Assembly: GCA_026770705.1 (NCBI GenBank)
Contig: JANJGN010000039.1
Coordinates: 8,742,001-8,806,000, forward strand
Source of the DNA: Isurus oxyrinchus
Taxonomy: Eukaryota
DNA length: 64,000 nucleotides
Reading direction: 5' to 3'
The translations under genes and the position numbers were made by a program. Below, piece after piece: positions 24,760-38,710 of the stretch (positions are counted from its first letter, which is position 1; each line of letters begins with the position of its first letter). Under the pieces are notes generated by a model that saw only the letters and a list, made by a program, of their open reading frames with translations, did no database searches and was not told where the DNA came from.

Positions 24760-26910
24760 CATCACTCTGCACAGACTCTCCAGTCTGAACAGAGGGCCTA
24801 CAATGCTAATAGACACCACACTGATCAGTGACCCCGTGCACAACACCGACATTACACTAAACACGGACTCCACACTGAACACAGACCCTACGCAGAACAG
24901 AGATCCCAATTTAAATATAGCCCCCGCACTGTACATATAGCACGGGGCACAGATTCCACACTGAGCACAGGCCCCACACTGTACACAGAACCCACACTGA
25001 CAAAGGCACAAATTGAACACAGAGCCCACACTGAACAACGAACCCTCACGGATCACAGAGCACACAATGAACATAGAGCCCACCCTGAACATGGACACAC
25101 ACTGAAAACATATCCCACACTGAACACAGAATATGCACTGAACATAGTGCCCACTCTGAACACAGAGCCCGCGTTAAACAGAGATCTCATTTTGAACACA
25201 CATACCACTCTGAGAATAATCCTCGTAGCGAGAAAATTGTTTATGCTGACTACAGATCATACACTGAAGGCACCCCAGATATTTAACTGACCCTAACATT
25301 AAAAAGAGCCCATTCTGAACAAAGGCCCGATTGTAATCATAGAAGCCAGTCTCAAAGCAGACAGCAGCTTGAACACACCACAAAGTACACATTCAACGTT
25401 GAGACCAGATTGAACACACACACAATTAGAAAGAAACTTGATGAAGACAGATCTCATTCTGTACTGAGAACACAGTCTGAAGACTGATACCACTCGGGAA
25501 CAGGCAGCACTCAGAACACTGAATCCTATCTAAACACAGAGTCCACGCCGATCACAGATTGCACTCAGAACACAGTCTCCACGCCGAACACAGTCTCAAC
25601 TCCGAATACAATCCACTCGGAACACAGACTCCACTCCGAACACAGACTCCACACTGAACACAGACTCCACTCGAAACACAGACTCCACTCCAAACACACA
25701 CTCCATTCCGAACACACTCCACTCTGAACACAGACTCCATGCCGAACACAGTCTCAACTCCGAATACAATCCACTCGGAACACAGACTCCACTCCGAACA
25801 CAGACTCCACACTGGGCACAGACTCCACTCCGAACACAGTCTCAACTCCGAATACAATCCACTCGGAACACAGACTCCACTCCGAACACAGACTCCACAC
25901 TGGACACAGACTCCACTCCGAACACAGATCCACACTGAACACAGACTCCACTCCGAACACAGTCTCAACTCCGAATACAATCCACTCTGAACACAGTATC
26001 CACTCCGATCACAGACTCCACTCCGAACACAGAATCCACTCCTAACACAATCCACTCAGAACACAGACTCCACTCCAAACACAGACTCCACTCCAAACAC
26101 AGACGCCACTCCGAACACAATCCACTAGGAACAGAGACTCCACTCCGAACAGAGACCCCTCTCTGAAGACAGGTCCCACTGTAAACACAGGTCTCTCTGA
26201 ACACGTACACAATCTTAAAGCAGAATCTCCATTGAACACAGACCCCACAATGAACACACGGGAGTACAATGAACACACCCAAAACTCTAAAAACAGATCC
26301 CACTGTTAACACAGAACCCACTCTGAACACACACCCCTCTCAAAACACTGTCCCCAATATAAACACAGAATCCACAGTGAACACAGGGCATAGACTGAAC
26401 AGAGTACTCACAGTGAAGGCAGATCCCGCACTGAACAAAGGCCACACTCTGAACAAGGTCAAACTGTGATCTCAGTTTTCCCTCTGTACTCTGACACTAC
26501 ATCTTTCTGACCTCTCTTTAAATACAGAGGTCAATTTGAAAAATGACAGAAAATTGAGCAGAGCCCCAGGCTCAACACAAACTCCACTGTGGCCAGCGAT
26601 CCAAGAATGAATAATATCCCTAAACTGAACACAGTTCTCACAGTGAACACTGACTTTTTTCAACACACACGCATTTCTAAACACAGAAACTGCTTTGAAC
26701 AAAGACCCCCTACCGAACATAGAGGCGAAAATCCCACTGTGATGAAAGACCACACTTAGCATACTGACTTCACGTGGAACATTGAGACCACAGTAAACAG
26801 AGTTTCCAATCTGAGCACAGTGCCCACGCTGAATATTGTCTAAACTGAACACTGCCCCGCTTTAACCACTGATCCCACTTTGAGCACAGCTCCCACTCTG
26901 AAGACAGTCT
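24760..26910. repeat. 18-bp satellite block 4 with homogeneous core (25530-26150)
   Basis: Near-perfect ccgaacacagactccact units in the core. Confidence 0.93.
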
Positions 26911-26999
26911 TTCTTTGCTCAATTAATACAATGTGTCTTCCCATTGGCCAAGCTGGTGACTTATGTTCCCTTTGATACACGTATAATGGAGTTTTTTAT

Positions 27000-27930
27000 A
27001 CAGAGCTTATATATTGTTTTTTTAAGATGTAAGACGAATAGAAATCCTGAAATGTAATAAACAATGAGGAGGCTGGTGAAATATCCACTCAGGCACATGC
27101 AAACTGCTGAACGGAGTGGTCACTTGGCAAATTAAATTTATCAAAGATCAGTCTGAAGTGATTCAATTTGGTCAAAAGATGGTGAGAAGGCAATATAGAT
27201 TTAATTATACAGTTTAAAATGGAGCTCAGGATCAGAGACGCCCAGCTCTATGAACACAGATGTTAGAAGGTGCAAAGTGGTGAAGCTCCTTCCATGGGAA
27301 GATTTGGTTTGATTAATTGCGGAATAGAGTGTGAACGCGAGGAATTTATTGCTAGCCTCTTCATTAAGGCTAAAGAACATTAAAAAGTGATTCAGTTTCT
27401 GTTGTTTAAGAGGAGAGGAGTAGGTAAAGCAGGATAGAAGGCAGATTCCTGGGATTGTGGGGCTGATATATGAGGAGCTGTTTTGTTGGTTAGGAATATA
27501 TCTGCTAGAGTTCAGGGGAACGAGGGCACATCTCATAGAAACCTCTAAAATTCTAACAGGACTAGATTTGGTAGATGCAGGAAGGGTTTTCCCGATGGTA
27601 GGAGAGTTCATATCCAGGGGTCACAGTCTCATCATATGGGATAGACGACTGTAGCTTGAGATAAGGAGAAATTTCTTAACCAAGAGAATGGTGAGCCTTT
27701 TGGAATTCGCTACCACAGACCAGAGTTGAGATCAAAACATTGTATCATTTCGGGAAGGAGTTAGATATAGGTCTTCAGGCGAAAGGGATCAAAGGATATT
27801 GGGAGAGAGCAGGAGCAGGCTAATGAGTTGGATCATCAGCCATGTTCATAATGAAAGACAGAGCGGTCTCGAAGAGCTGGATTAACTATTCCCGCTATTA
27901 GTCGCATTGTTTTTTATGTTTCTATGTGAT
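27000..27930 (+). mobile_element. CR1 LINE 3' fragments
   Basis: GLIYEE...LEFRGTRAHLIETSKILTGLDLVDAGRVFPMVGE.ISRGHSL; tail tatgtttctatg. Confidence 0.85.
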
Positions 27931-29297
27931 AATATAGATATGATCCTGGCTTAAAAGAGAGAAAGAGATCGATAGAGATAGTCATTGAAAACCTTTGTCC
28001 ATGACTCTATGTTTATTGTTTCTAATTCAACCATTAGGTCTACGTACCCCTTTGGATTTTTATTGAGTTATTTCTGTAGGATACTGTAGGGTTTGCATGA
28101 TTTATTTCTTCGTGATTACCTGCCGCTGCTTATGTTTCTCTTCCGTTTCAAAAATTCATCCCTAACCTCTGGATCTGCTTTTCTTCCTACTTCTTTGATC
28201 CTCATTCAGCTTAGTGAATGTTTTTTTTTTCCTGCATTATATTGTCCCTCCGTTTCCTTTATTCATCTGGATGTTTTATGGTTGACTAATTTGTTGACTT
28301 TTATTGTGACATATTTGTCCCGAATTCCTCTCTCTCTATCTCTAACATCTTTATTTCTCGTAACTTTCTTTATCATTGACACAACAAATGATTAACTTTG
28401 TTTGAAGATGATGCCTCAACTTTCATTTGAAATGATTTCTCAAATCTGCTATGGCTTTAAAACAGTGTCTAAATACATCACATCTGCTTTTTTGAACAGG
28501 CTGTCTCATTGTTAGGGCTTCTTGTCCTGCACTCAGTAAAGGCCCCGTTGAATTTTCCCCTTCACCAACTCTGTCTCTGATTGAATGTTTGGGTTCAAAT
28601 TTCTATGATCATTAACGAGAATTTGCTCATTTCAGACTCTCGCTACTACATTTTTTTATCCCCTTCCAATATTTCGTCTGCCTGGAATGTTCAAGTTGTT
28701 AATGCCGGTTACCACACGTCAGTCCTGAGGCACTTGTTACTCTTAGTAAAATGCGATCCTCGAAAGCATAACATGTTTACAACTTATTCAAGTATCTATG
28801 TCTATTTTCGTTTTGGAAAGAACTTTTCAGTTCCTTTGACAAGCTGCCAGAAATAAATGAGTATCATTTGTATAAGAACACTGCATGCATAAAGGCCTTG
28901 GAAATAAGGCGGACAAGTAGCATTTCATCTTTTAGCATTCAATGTTTGTAAACATGATGATACCTGATCTATGACTTTCATCAGCTTTCCTGCTGTAGCT
29001 TCATATCAGCTATAACCTAAAACCCATACTTTTCAGTCTGGAATATACTCAGCAGCTGAACAGGCACAACCCTTTGGGGTAGAGCATTCCAAAATGCTCC
29101 ACGTTTTAGCACATAATAGCCACTCGTCTTCTCAGAATTTGTCCCCTTAATGTGACCTTTCCCCCCACCCCACGCACCCCATCCCCACCACCCCCCCCCC
29201 CCGCCCCCGCAACCCCCACTGCCCACAAAAAAGGGCTGTAAAATAGGTGGATAGTGTCATTTATATTTGAGTGGATAAAAAGTGACTTGAGGAATGC

Positions 29298-29378
29298 GAG
29301 AGAGAGAGAGATAGAGATTTATCGATGCAGTGAGAGAGAGAGAGAGAGAGAATGAGTGAGAGAAAGAGAGGGAGAGAA
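29298..29378. repeat. Interrupted (GA)n microsatellite
   Basis: gagagagagagag runs. Confidence 0.9.
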
Positions 29379-30039
29379 TAAATCTTTCGTTTCTTTGAAT
29401 GCACCCTTATTATTTCTGCTCCAATTCTGATTCCTCACTGTCAATTTTGTCTTTAGGATGATTTAATGCTTCTGTCATTCATTCCTAATTTAATTTCGAA
29501 GATTTCCTTTGCTTTCTTTTTTTTTGCTTTCTTCCTGAAAGCCTTGAATATGCTTTTTGCCGTTGGCTCCTCTTTGTTATTGCAGTTATGATATGCTTTT
29601 CACCTCAATTTCTAGTGCTTGCTGTTCCCCTTTTATTCATCCAGGAACTTATAACGTTATGTATTTATGTTTCTTTGTTTTAGTGGATCATATTATCCAG
29701 GACGTCAATGATAAATATATATTTCCTACTGTTATTCTCTCTCTTTGTCATCAATACACTATTCCAGTTTATCTACGCAATTAACATTCTCACTACTGCC
29801 ATAACAGTTCCTTACTATATGGTCTTGTTTTGGATATTCTATCCTTTACTTCTTTCTCAAACATTTGTAGATATTACCAATTGTTTTCTGATTGGAAATG
29901 ACTCTATTTCAAAAGGGTGTGATTTCTCATTTCTGTGTCGGTGATTTTTCTTTGTCTAGTTTCAAGACTAATTCTTTGGTGGGTTTCCCTACGGGGCAAG
30001 CATTGCAAACTGTAACACACAGATAATACCTAATTGTGC

Positions 30040-30290
30040 ATTCTCTGCAAGATTAGTTGGGCTTTCGAATGACCTTTGCGTTACTTAAAATTGCCCTGAC
30101 AGTCCCATCGTTGAAGACCCTGATTCCCACATGTAACAACAGTGTTCAGCATTAACAAATTGCTCGCCAATACTTTAAATGTTGAAGGTAAATTTGGAAA
30201 GTGGCGAAATCGCATCAGTTACAGAGACAGGATGTGATAAATATGGAAAAAGCAAGCACAGAAAATGATCAGAGCAATAGGATTTGAACG
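30040..30290 (+). mobile_element. Possible hAT transposase C-terminal dimerisation-domain remnant
   Basis: Frameshifted AFE..FALLKIALTVP....TCNNS(V)SAL resembles LL.IALTxPV....CERSFSAL. Confidence 0.3.
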
Positions 30291-31419
30291 CGTGTAATAA
30301 TCAAGATAGAAGATATGGTCGCAGGAGTAGCTCATTTCTCGTCTTAGCTTGCAGCCCCTTTCAATTGATTTGCACCTAATGTTTTACTTTTCCTCAAACG
30401 CTAGCAAACTCCATATAGCCTTTCATCCCAATTGCGTCAAGAGGTTTGATTAAATCATGCCCTGTTTATATTAAACGACCGAGTAATCTGCTGCTTTCTG
30501 GGGCAGAGATTTCCAAAGATCCACAACACTTTGAGTGAGAAGCATTGTTTACATCTTACTCATAAATGTCTGGATGCATAACACCAGTGTTTAGAATATA
30601 ATAAAACATATCTACACATTAGCGAGCAGATATATATCCGTGTTACCTGAAAGCTATAAGAAAAAGGGTTCAGGAATGGAAGCAGGTGAGATGGTGGGGC
30701 AGATTTGCGGCAGAGGTTCAAAGCAAAAGGCAAATTTCCTGGAAAAAAGAATGAAGAAAACCCATATATTGCCGGGGACCTAAAAGCTTAGGTCATCGCA
30801 GTTAATATGGTCATTGCGTTTTCTGGGCTTGTGTGAAGTTAAATGAAACAAAATTAACCTTTTGTTGGAAGGTCGGCCGGAGAAATAGGAAAAGAGGGAA
30901 AGAGCTCTGCTATTCGGCTTCCTCTTCTTTATTGTCATTGCACTGCAGATCTTAGATTTTATTCTAGTGTTCTTCACCTCCATTTAATCATCCAGGGCGT
31001 CTCGTTGTTGACCATTTTTATTTTTATTTTTATTGAAAATAATTCTCCTGGACACTACTGATCAGTTTAAAAATATTTTCAATGCTGTTCGCCAATACTC
31101 CATGGCAGTTGAATAACACAAAATACATTCCAATTGCCAGAATATGTGTTACCCCGCCCTACCACCGCCCCCGCCCCTCTCTCCACCCTATAACGGCAAT
31201 TATTTTCTTTTGGATTTTCTTACTCCTATTTCTTTCCGTATCCTAGCCATAAAAGACCATTAATTTCTGATAGATGAGATCTGCATTTGCAACTAAAATA
31301 ATTATTCATTCAATTCGGTGTTTTAAGTTCAAAGTCGAATTCCGCACCCCGAATTTGTGGAGTCTCCTATTAACTGGGTAAGGATTGTGTCTTTTGACGT
31401 AGACAAAATAACCCCCTTG

Positions 31420-31650
31420 ATTCACCAAATTTCGCAACTGTCCTTCCCAGAGTAACTGTTGTGGTTGAAACACAGCATGATAACGATCCTATGAATGTTA
31501 TTCGTGTCATAGCTTTGCTAACATTTTCCCTTCTAATCCCCTGCCACCATGCGTTGTTTTCTAGAAAAGCCTGTTTCATGTTATTTAACCTGCCTATGAT
31601 GCAGCCTTACCCAAGGCATTTGTTCTCGACAGGCAAATATAATCCACAGA
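31420..31650 (+). mobile_element. Possible hAT (TTF zinc-finger) N-terminal remnant
   Basis: Frameshifted WLKHS..ND...CYSCHSF ... AFVSTG resembles WLEYS..KD..FCF.CR.F ... AF.STG. Confidence 0.3.
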
Positions 31651-32349
31651 TCAGCAGCAACTGCTAAAGGTTTATTCAAATGTGTTCAGGTTGATTTTGA
31701 AGTTGAGAAGAATAACTTCAGTTAAAGAGGCAGTCTGTCAGAAATAAGGGGGGTGGGGTGGGGAAACAAATGAGATTTAAATAGCAAAGCGCATCGCAGC
31801 CATTCAAATGTCAGAAATAGTAGCATCCATATTCCATTCGGCCCTTCGATGTTGCACTGCCAGTTAATCAGATATTGCTAATAACACTAACTGCCTGCAG
31901 GTTCTTTACATGATTAATTGTCGAAAAGCTAACCAACTATGTCCTAAGTATGCACAAAATCAGAAAATCCACAACCCTTTATGGTGACGAATTCCAAAGT
32001 TGACAACTTTAGTCTGAAGATATTTGTTCAAACATTAACAATCGGTAATAGGGTTTTATTTCCTGACGGTGTGACCTCATTGTCGACTCCCCAGCTAGCA
32101 AGTGTACATAAACCGTTGAATATTTTCACTTCAGCTGAAATGTGATAAAAAAAATGTTCTGGAATTTTCCTGACTGTTGGGGGAGGCAGAACTAGAGCAG
32201 AATTTAAATCCAAACATAGACTTCCCTCAGGTTCACAGCAATATCTTCCATGACAGATAGCGAGTTTCGCACATCCATGGCAGATCGTTTTATACCTGGG
32301 GCTATAGAAGCTGAGTTAAGGTCTTAGAGGGGTGGGGGCCATTAAGAGA

Positions 32350-32680
32350 GTGGCAAAGCGGAAATGTTAATGAGCTAGTAATCCAGGCGGCCAGGGTTAA
32401 AGTTCCTGATAAACAAGAATTGAGAAGCTTGTCTCAATAATGGCACAATGAAGGGTATGTGGCAAAAGTCCATCGGGTTTGCTCATATCCTTTAGGAAAG
32501 GAAATCTGCCATCCTTCTGTGGCCTGGCCTTTATGTGACTCCAGGTCCACAGCAACGGGGTTGATCTTTTATTTCCCTCTGAAAAGGCCTAGCAACCCAT
32601 TCAGTTCAAGGACAATTAGGGATGGGCAACAATTGCTGGCCTTGACAGTGATGCCGACAAAAAGCTGAGATAAAAAAACA
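32350..32680 (+). mobile_element. SacSINE1/DeuSINE-like SINE
   Basis: Deu-domain-like core tcctttaggaaaggaaatctgccatcctt...ggcctttatgtgactccag...ctctgaaaaggcctagcaacccattcagttcaagg, followed by tail caattagggatgggcaac and an A-rich end. Confidence 0.8.
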
Positions 32681-33319
32681 ACGTTCTTGTGTTGACACAG
32701 GACTGACACAGGAGCAGTAGCAATTTAGAATGTTGACACGTTTAGAGAGAGGGGCAGATATAAAGCATCAAAGGAAGAGTAAACATACAGAAGAATATAA
32801 ATCAGGCAGAAGGTGAGGGAGGTCTGGACTGAGAGGGGTTGGGGCGTCGATAAAGAGAGCATGAGAATTATGTTGGGGCTGTAATAGCGGAATGTTATAT
32901 TGATAGCTAAAAATGATGCACAATAAGCATTTTTTCCCATTCAACGTCATTATCCGAATTAATCTCGTCCATCCTTTAATTAACCTGACTTAATGCTGAT
33001 TCCATTTTGACAATAGCTTTTCTGTGGTATATTTTACTATTTCTACTTATGTTAGGAGATAGGATACTGTGATATTCCTTTAGCCTTCTGAAATTTTTGT
33101 TCCGGCATTGAACCTAAAAGCTTGTGGTTACTCTTTATTGTATCCCTCTTTCTGTTCATTTTACTTGTTGGATAAGTTTATCTACTGTTTCAGTTCTGTT
33201 GAAAGCTCTACAATTTGCTCATTGTGCTTCATTATGATCAGCCTGTTCATGAATTTCTTTAGCAGAATATGAATCATTCTGAAGCTCAGTCTTCGAGTTT
33301 GAATATAATACACGTTACA

Positions 33320-35260
33320 ATGCAGGAAATGTGGCCAAGCCATGGCTAACTGGGGCAATTAGAAATATCATTAGCTCCAAGGAAGAGGCATACAAATTGA
33401 ATGGGAAATAAAAAAACAACAGACCTGAGGAATGAGAGCAGTTTCAAATTCAGCAATGTTTTTCATAGTTATGTGGAGATTGGTAAAGAAAAATGTACGT
33501 CCCTTACCGTCAGAAACGCGAACTTATAATGGGGAAAAAAGATATGGCTGACCAACTACTTGCATGCTTTGTTTCTGTCTTCACAAATGAGGACACAAAT
33601 AACATGCCAGAAATATTCAGAAACACAGGGTTTAGTGGAAGGGAGGAACTGAAAGAAATCAGTATTAGTAGAGAAATTGAGTTGGAGAAATTAATGGGAT
33701 TGAAGTCCTTATCTAACCCAGGGCCTGATAACTACATCAGTGTTTACTTAAGGAAGCGGCCCGACAGATAGTGGATTCATTGGTGAACATCTTCCGAGAT
33801 TCTAAAGACTCTGGAACAGTTCTGGCAGATTGGAGGACAGCTAATTTTAATGGGAACCCACTAGTTAAAAAGAAGGATAGAAACAAAACAAGGAGTTATA
33901 GACCAGTCAGCCTGTCATTGGTAGTCGGGAAAATTCCAGAGTAAGTTATGAAAGATTTCATATCCGAGCAGTTGGAATACAGTGGCTGAATTGGACACGT
34001 TTAGCATGGATTTACGAAAAGGAAATCACGCTTGACAAATCAACTGGAATTTTTTAAGGATGCAACTCGTAGAGTTGATGAGGGGGAGCCAGTTTATCTG
34101 GAATTTCAGAAGGCTTTCGACAAAGTCCCACATGAGAGTGTGTTTTGTAAAATTAAAGCGCATGAGATTGGGGGTTGTGTATTAAGCTGGGTATAAAAAT
34201 TTTTGGCAGACAGGAAACAAGTGTAGGAATAAGCGTGCTTTGTTTCCAAATGACAGGCGCTGACTAAAGGGGCACCATAAGGGTCGGTGATGGGTCCACA
34301 GCTACTTGCAATGTATAGTAATGATTTAGATGAGGGAATTAAATGTAGTATCCCTGGATTTGCAGTTGACCCAAAGCTGGGTGAGAAGGTGAGCTGTGAG
34401 GAGGATACATAGATTTTTTCAGAGTAACTTGAATAATCAAGGTGGATAAATGCAGGCAGATGCATTATAATGTGGATAATGTGTGGTTATCCAAGTGGTT
34501 AACACAAAGAGGAAGGTAGATTATTATTGAATGGCTACAAATTGAGAGAGGTGAAAATGCAAATAGACCAGTGTATCCACCTTAATCAGTCGCTGAAGTA
34601 AGCATTCAGGTCCAACAGATGATAAATAAGGTAAGTTAGAGGACATGAGCAGGGATGCCTTGTTGCAATTCTACAGGGCCTTGGTAAGACTACACCTGCA
34701 GTATTGTGTGCAGCTTTGGTCTCCTTATGTGAGGAATGATGTCCTTACTATAGAGGGAGTGCAGCGACTGTTTAACAGACTGATTCCTGGGATGGCAGGA
34801 CTGACAGATGAGGGGACATTGATTCGGTTAGGATTTTATTCGCTGGAGTTCAGAAGAATGAGTGGGAATCCCGTAGAATCCTACAAAATTCTAACAGGAC
34901 TAGGCAGAGCAAATGCAGGAAGGATGTTCCCGATGCTGGGGCACTCCACAACCAGGGGTCACAGTCTGAGGATCCGAGGTAGACCTTTTAGGACTGAAAT
35001 GAGGAGACATTTCCTCACCCAGAGAGTGGTGGGCCGTTAGACTTCACTACCACAGAAACTAGTTGAGGCCAAAACATTGTATGTTTTCAAGTGTGAGTTG
35101 CACATTGCTCTTGGGATGAAAGGGATCAAAGAGTATGGGGAGAAAGCGGGAGCAGGCTATTGAGTTGGATGATCAGCCATGATCATAATGAATGGCTAAT
35201 GAGGATAGAAGGGCCGAATGACCAACTCCCGCTCGTAATTTCTATGTATATGTTTCTATG
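33320..35260 (+). mobile_element. 5'-truncated CR1 LINE (RT region and 3' UTR)
   Basis: NPGPD, FQKAFDKVPH, LLQFYRALVRLHLQYCVQLWSP, TRGHSLRIRGRPFRTEMRRHF; tail tttctatgtatatgtttctatg. Confidence 0.93.
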
Positions 35261-35559
35261 TTGTTATTCTATTTCTTTGCATTTCACGTCTTTCCTTCAC
35301 ATTCCTTCCTGAGATCAAGTCCCGTCTCCTGAATATCAGCTGCACTATAGGTATAACATTTATCCTTACCTTATATATATCTTTGTCAATGCAACTTCCC
35401 TGACGTGTGTGATAAGCAGTCCAGCGTATGTAAGAAATATGGGAGATCCTTGAATGTGCCTGAGTTAACTTCCTCTCTGACAAACAACCAGGGGTAAACC
35501 TGTGATTGAGATGGGCAAACGACATTGGAAGGCTGTTCAAAGAATTTTTTTTTGGATTG

Positions 35560-36690
35560 CAGGCCCCAACTTATACACCAACCTACAACACAACTAATTT
35601 CCAAAAAGACATCCAAGGACAAGTAGTGGTCAAGAAAAAATTATGGAGGGGAAGAAAATAATTACGTCAATAAATGCATAACACGCAGATCTTGATACAT
35701 GGGAAACATACAAAGAGCAGCAAATGGTGAAAATGATATGAATGAGGTAACAAAATGTAATATTTCGAACTTTGCTGACAACACGGAACCTGGTAGGAGT
35801 ATGAACGGTCAGGAGTGTGTGAAGAGGCTTCAAGATGATTTAGTCAGGTGAATTGAGTGGGAAAATGATGGCTGATGCAATATAAGGACTTAAGTGTGAA
35901 GTTATCGACATTGGAATGAAAAAATAATGTGGAGAATTCAAAAACAGTTGTTAGATTTGATATTGTTGATTTTCAATAGGACATGTGTATTCTTGTACAA
36001 CTATCAGTGACAACAACCCTGCAGGCTCAGGAAGCATTTGAAAAGGATATGGTGTGTAGGCTTTCATTGCCAGAGGACTTGTGCACAGGATCAATGATAT
36101 GTTACTGCAGTTTATAGGGCCTTGCTGAGACCACACCTGGAGTATCGTTTGCAATTTTGGCCTCCATCCCGAAGTAAATATGTACTGCTACATAAGGGGT
36201 GCAGGGAAGTTTCACCAGAATGACTCCAGTGATGGCAGGCTGATCGTATGATGAGTAATTTGGTCGCTTAGACCCAAATTTGCTGGCGTTTAGATGTATG
36301 CGAGGGGATCACATTGGAACGTATACCATTTTGATACGGATGTACAGACTGGATGCAGTGATGATGATTCCTCCGGCTGAGGGGTCGAGAAAAACGGGGC
36401 CGCAGTCTCAGGATATGGGATAGGCCACTGAGGACTGAGATGAGCAAACATACTCATCACTCAAGGAGTATTGGACATGTGGAATTCTCTGCCACAGAAC
36501 CGTGTATAGGCCAGGTAACTGAATATGCTTAAGAAGGAAATAGATAGATTTCCGGACGCTAAAGGATGGAAGGGATGTTGGGAGAGGGCGAAAGCACGGC
36601 GTTATACTAGAGAATCAGCCATGATGAGACTAAACGGTGGAGCAGTTTAGGGAATCCAGTCGAGCTACTCTTTTTCCGATGTTCCATGTT
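35560..36690 (+). mobile_element. Degraded CR1 LINE 3' fragment
   Basis: aactttgctgacaacacg (FADDT-like), gagaccacacctggagtat (RPHLEY), tggaattctctgccacaga (WNSLP). Confidence 0.8.
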
Positions 36691-36739
36691 TTTCGGAAAT
36701 GAATACTCAAAAACAACATTAGGCAAGTTATATCTATTA

Positions 36740-37690
36740 ATGCTGCCATTGTCAATTAAAATAAAGAGGCGGCAGACATGCTGAATACGTACATTCCATC
36801 AATTTTTAATGTGAACGGAGTGATCAACATGCTAGGCATCACAAAGAAACTATTACGGAATCAGAGCAAAGGCTGAACAAAGTAGGGTATCAGTATTTGG
36901 AAATTAATAGCTCTAAAGACTGACAAAATGTCAAGGCTATTGCATTGCCGGACCTTAAAGGATGTAATCAGACACGTTGTAGATGATTCTGACCATAAAC
37001 TTACAAAATTTTCCATACTTGGCTAAAAGCCATTAATAGTGGAAAATATTACTTGTCTCTCCGCCATTTAAGGACGATGTCAGAAGGAGCCAATCGAATT
37101 ATCGGCCAGTAAGACTAGTTGTAGGGAGATTACCAGAAGTCTCTCTAATGTATAGCATGTGTAAACACATTGAGACGTTTCTGCTAATCAGACAAAGCCA
37201 TCATTGGTTTTTAAATGGTAGGTTGTGACCAAAAAATCATTAAATTTATTGAAGTGCTTATTTAATAATTTGACAGTGGAATGTCTATGGGCTTTATGTT
37301 TAAAAATACCCAGTGGACACCTGATAAGGTGCTGTATAAGAGATTGCCAGCTGAATTTCATACTGATGGAATTGATGACTAATTAATACTTTGGCCAGGT
37401 CTCAATGGAAGGAAACCAGAGTCTAGGGGCAATTGACAATCATTGTAATTGGAGATTGCGGCTACCGGTGCCCAGAAGGATCTCAACTATTCACTGTAGT
37501 TACTATTAACTTACATGATAATAGGAAGACCACGATTATATGATTAACCAATGGCACAAATATAGGCATCATTGCAAGCATCATTTTGGTTGGCAATATA
37601 ACATTTCGAAGAGACTTTCATCTTTGAAGTGAATGGGCAAAACTGTGAGAAATGGATTACAATGTAGGCAACGGTGATTTCTAACCACAC
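36740..37690 (+). mobile_element. Highly degraded CR1 ORF2 fragment
   Basis: aattatcggccagtaagacta (NYRPVSL-like), agccatcattggttttt (SQHGF-like), gataaggtgctgtataagagattg (DKV.HKRL-like). Confidence 0.6.
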
Positions 37691-37699
37691 GAACTGAAG

Positions 37700-38710
37700 A
37701 AATAGGAGCTGGAGTGGATGATGTAATCTATCGAGCTTCAACCGCTTTCAGTACATTCATGGCAGATGTAATAGATTAAACTTAAATTTCACACCCAGTC
37801 CCCATGTCCCCTTGATTCTCTGAAAGACTAAAAACCGTCTATCTCAGCCCCTTGCATGTTTAGAATGGAGCAGACAAAACCTACTGGCGTCGGGAATTCC
37901 CTTTATCCACAACCGCCTGAATGCAGAAATTCCAAATCAGCTCAGCCCAAACTGATCGCCTCCTTATGCTGTTACTGTGCCCATATGCTCTAGTTTCTCA
38001 TCGAGACGCGCAGAACTCTTACTTTATAATCTCCATAGTCCCTGTCAAAGCTGTGCATGTTTCAACGAAACAGATTTCTCATATTTCTGTACTGCTGGGA
38101 TAGCAAGTAAGTCGGCTTCTCATCATTAGATAATCCCTTCTTCCCTGGACCAACCTTGTGAAGCTTTGCTGTAAAACATCCCAGCTGATTATGCTTCTAG
38201 TTATACAAAGAGACCAAAATCACACACAGCCTCTCCAGATCAGGCCTTGAAAAGCCCTTGAAAATGTAGATAGGCGCCTTTATTCTAGCAGCCAACAAAC
38301 ACATGCTGTTTGCCATCCCAGTGCCTTTTTTTTTGCTGCATACATGCATCCTGCATTCCTTGTTCCGGTATGTGCAAACTAAATTCTCCCCGAAGCCCAA
38401 CATTCCGTAACTTCAAATACTGAAAAGAATCTGCTGTTTACTATATTTTCGAACAGCGTGTATACTTTCATAATATCAAATTGCGTTTCGCATCTTATTT
38501 CCTGCTGATGTAAAATGCTTGTATCTCTTTGCAGCCTACTTGTGCACTCCTTATAGTTTATAATTGCCAACTTGTGTTCTCTCTTCAGCAAATGTAAATA
38601 GATTACTCTCCGTCAGTTCATCGTTAATGCAGCTTGTATGTAATGGAGTCGCCAGCAGTAATCCCTGCGGCGCTCCACCAGTTCCAGCCTGACAAGTTGA
38701 GAATGCCCCA
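37700..38710 (-). mobile_element. Degraded CR1 LINE 3' fragment, antisense
   Basis: agaaataggagctggagtgg marks the reverse-complemented 3' UTR; ggagaccaaaa-like gagaccaaaatcacacacagc corresponds to C..FWS; minus ORF SRPDLE. Confidence 0.7.

Noticed and set aside
25530-26150. CRISPR-like regular repeats
   Set aside because: Contiguous 16-18 bp monomers with no unique spacers, no cas genes, and eukaryotic context.
18650-26852. Long ORFs such as 19899..20426+ and 25552..26055- (Cys/Val-rich or LNT-rich)
   Set aside because: Translations of the 18-bp (6-codon) satellite; no splice or domain support.
29160-29225. C-rich tract (G-quadruplex-capable on the minus strand); also poly-C at 39341-39375
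   Set aside because: Simple low-complexity expansions with no evidence of function.
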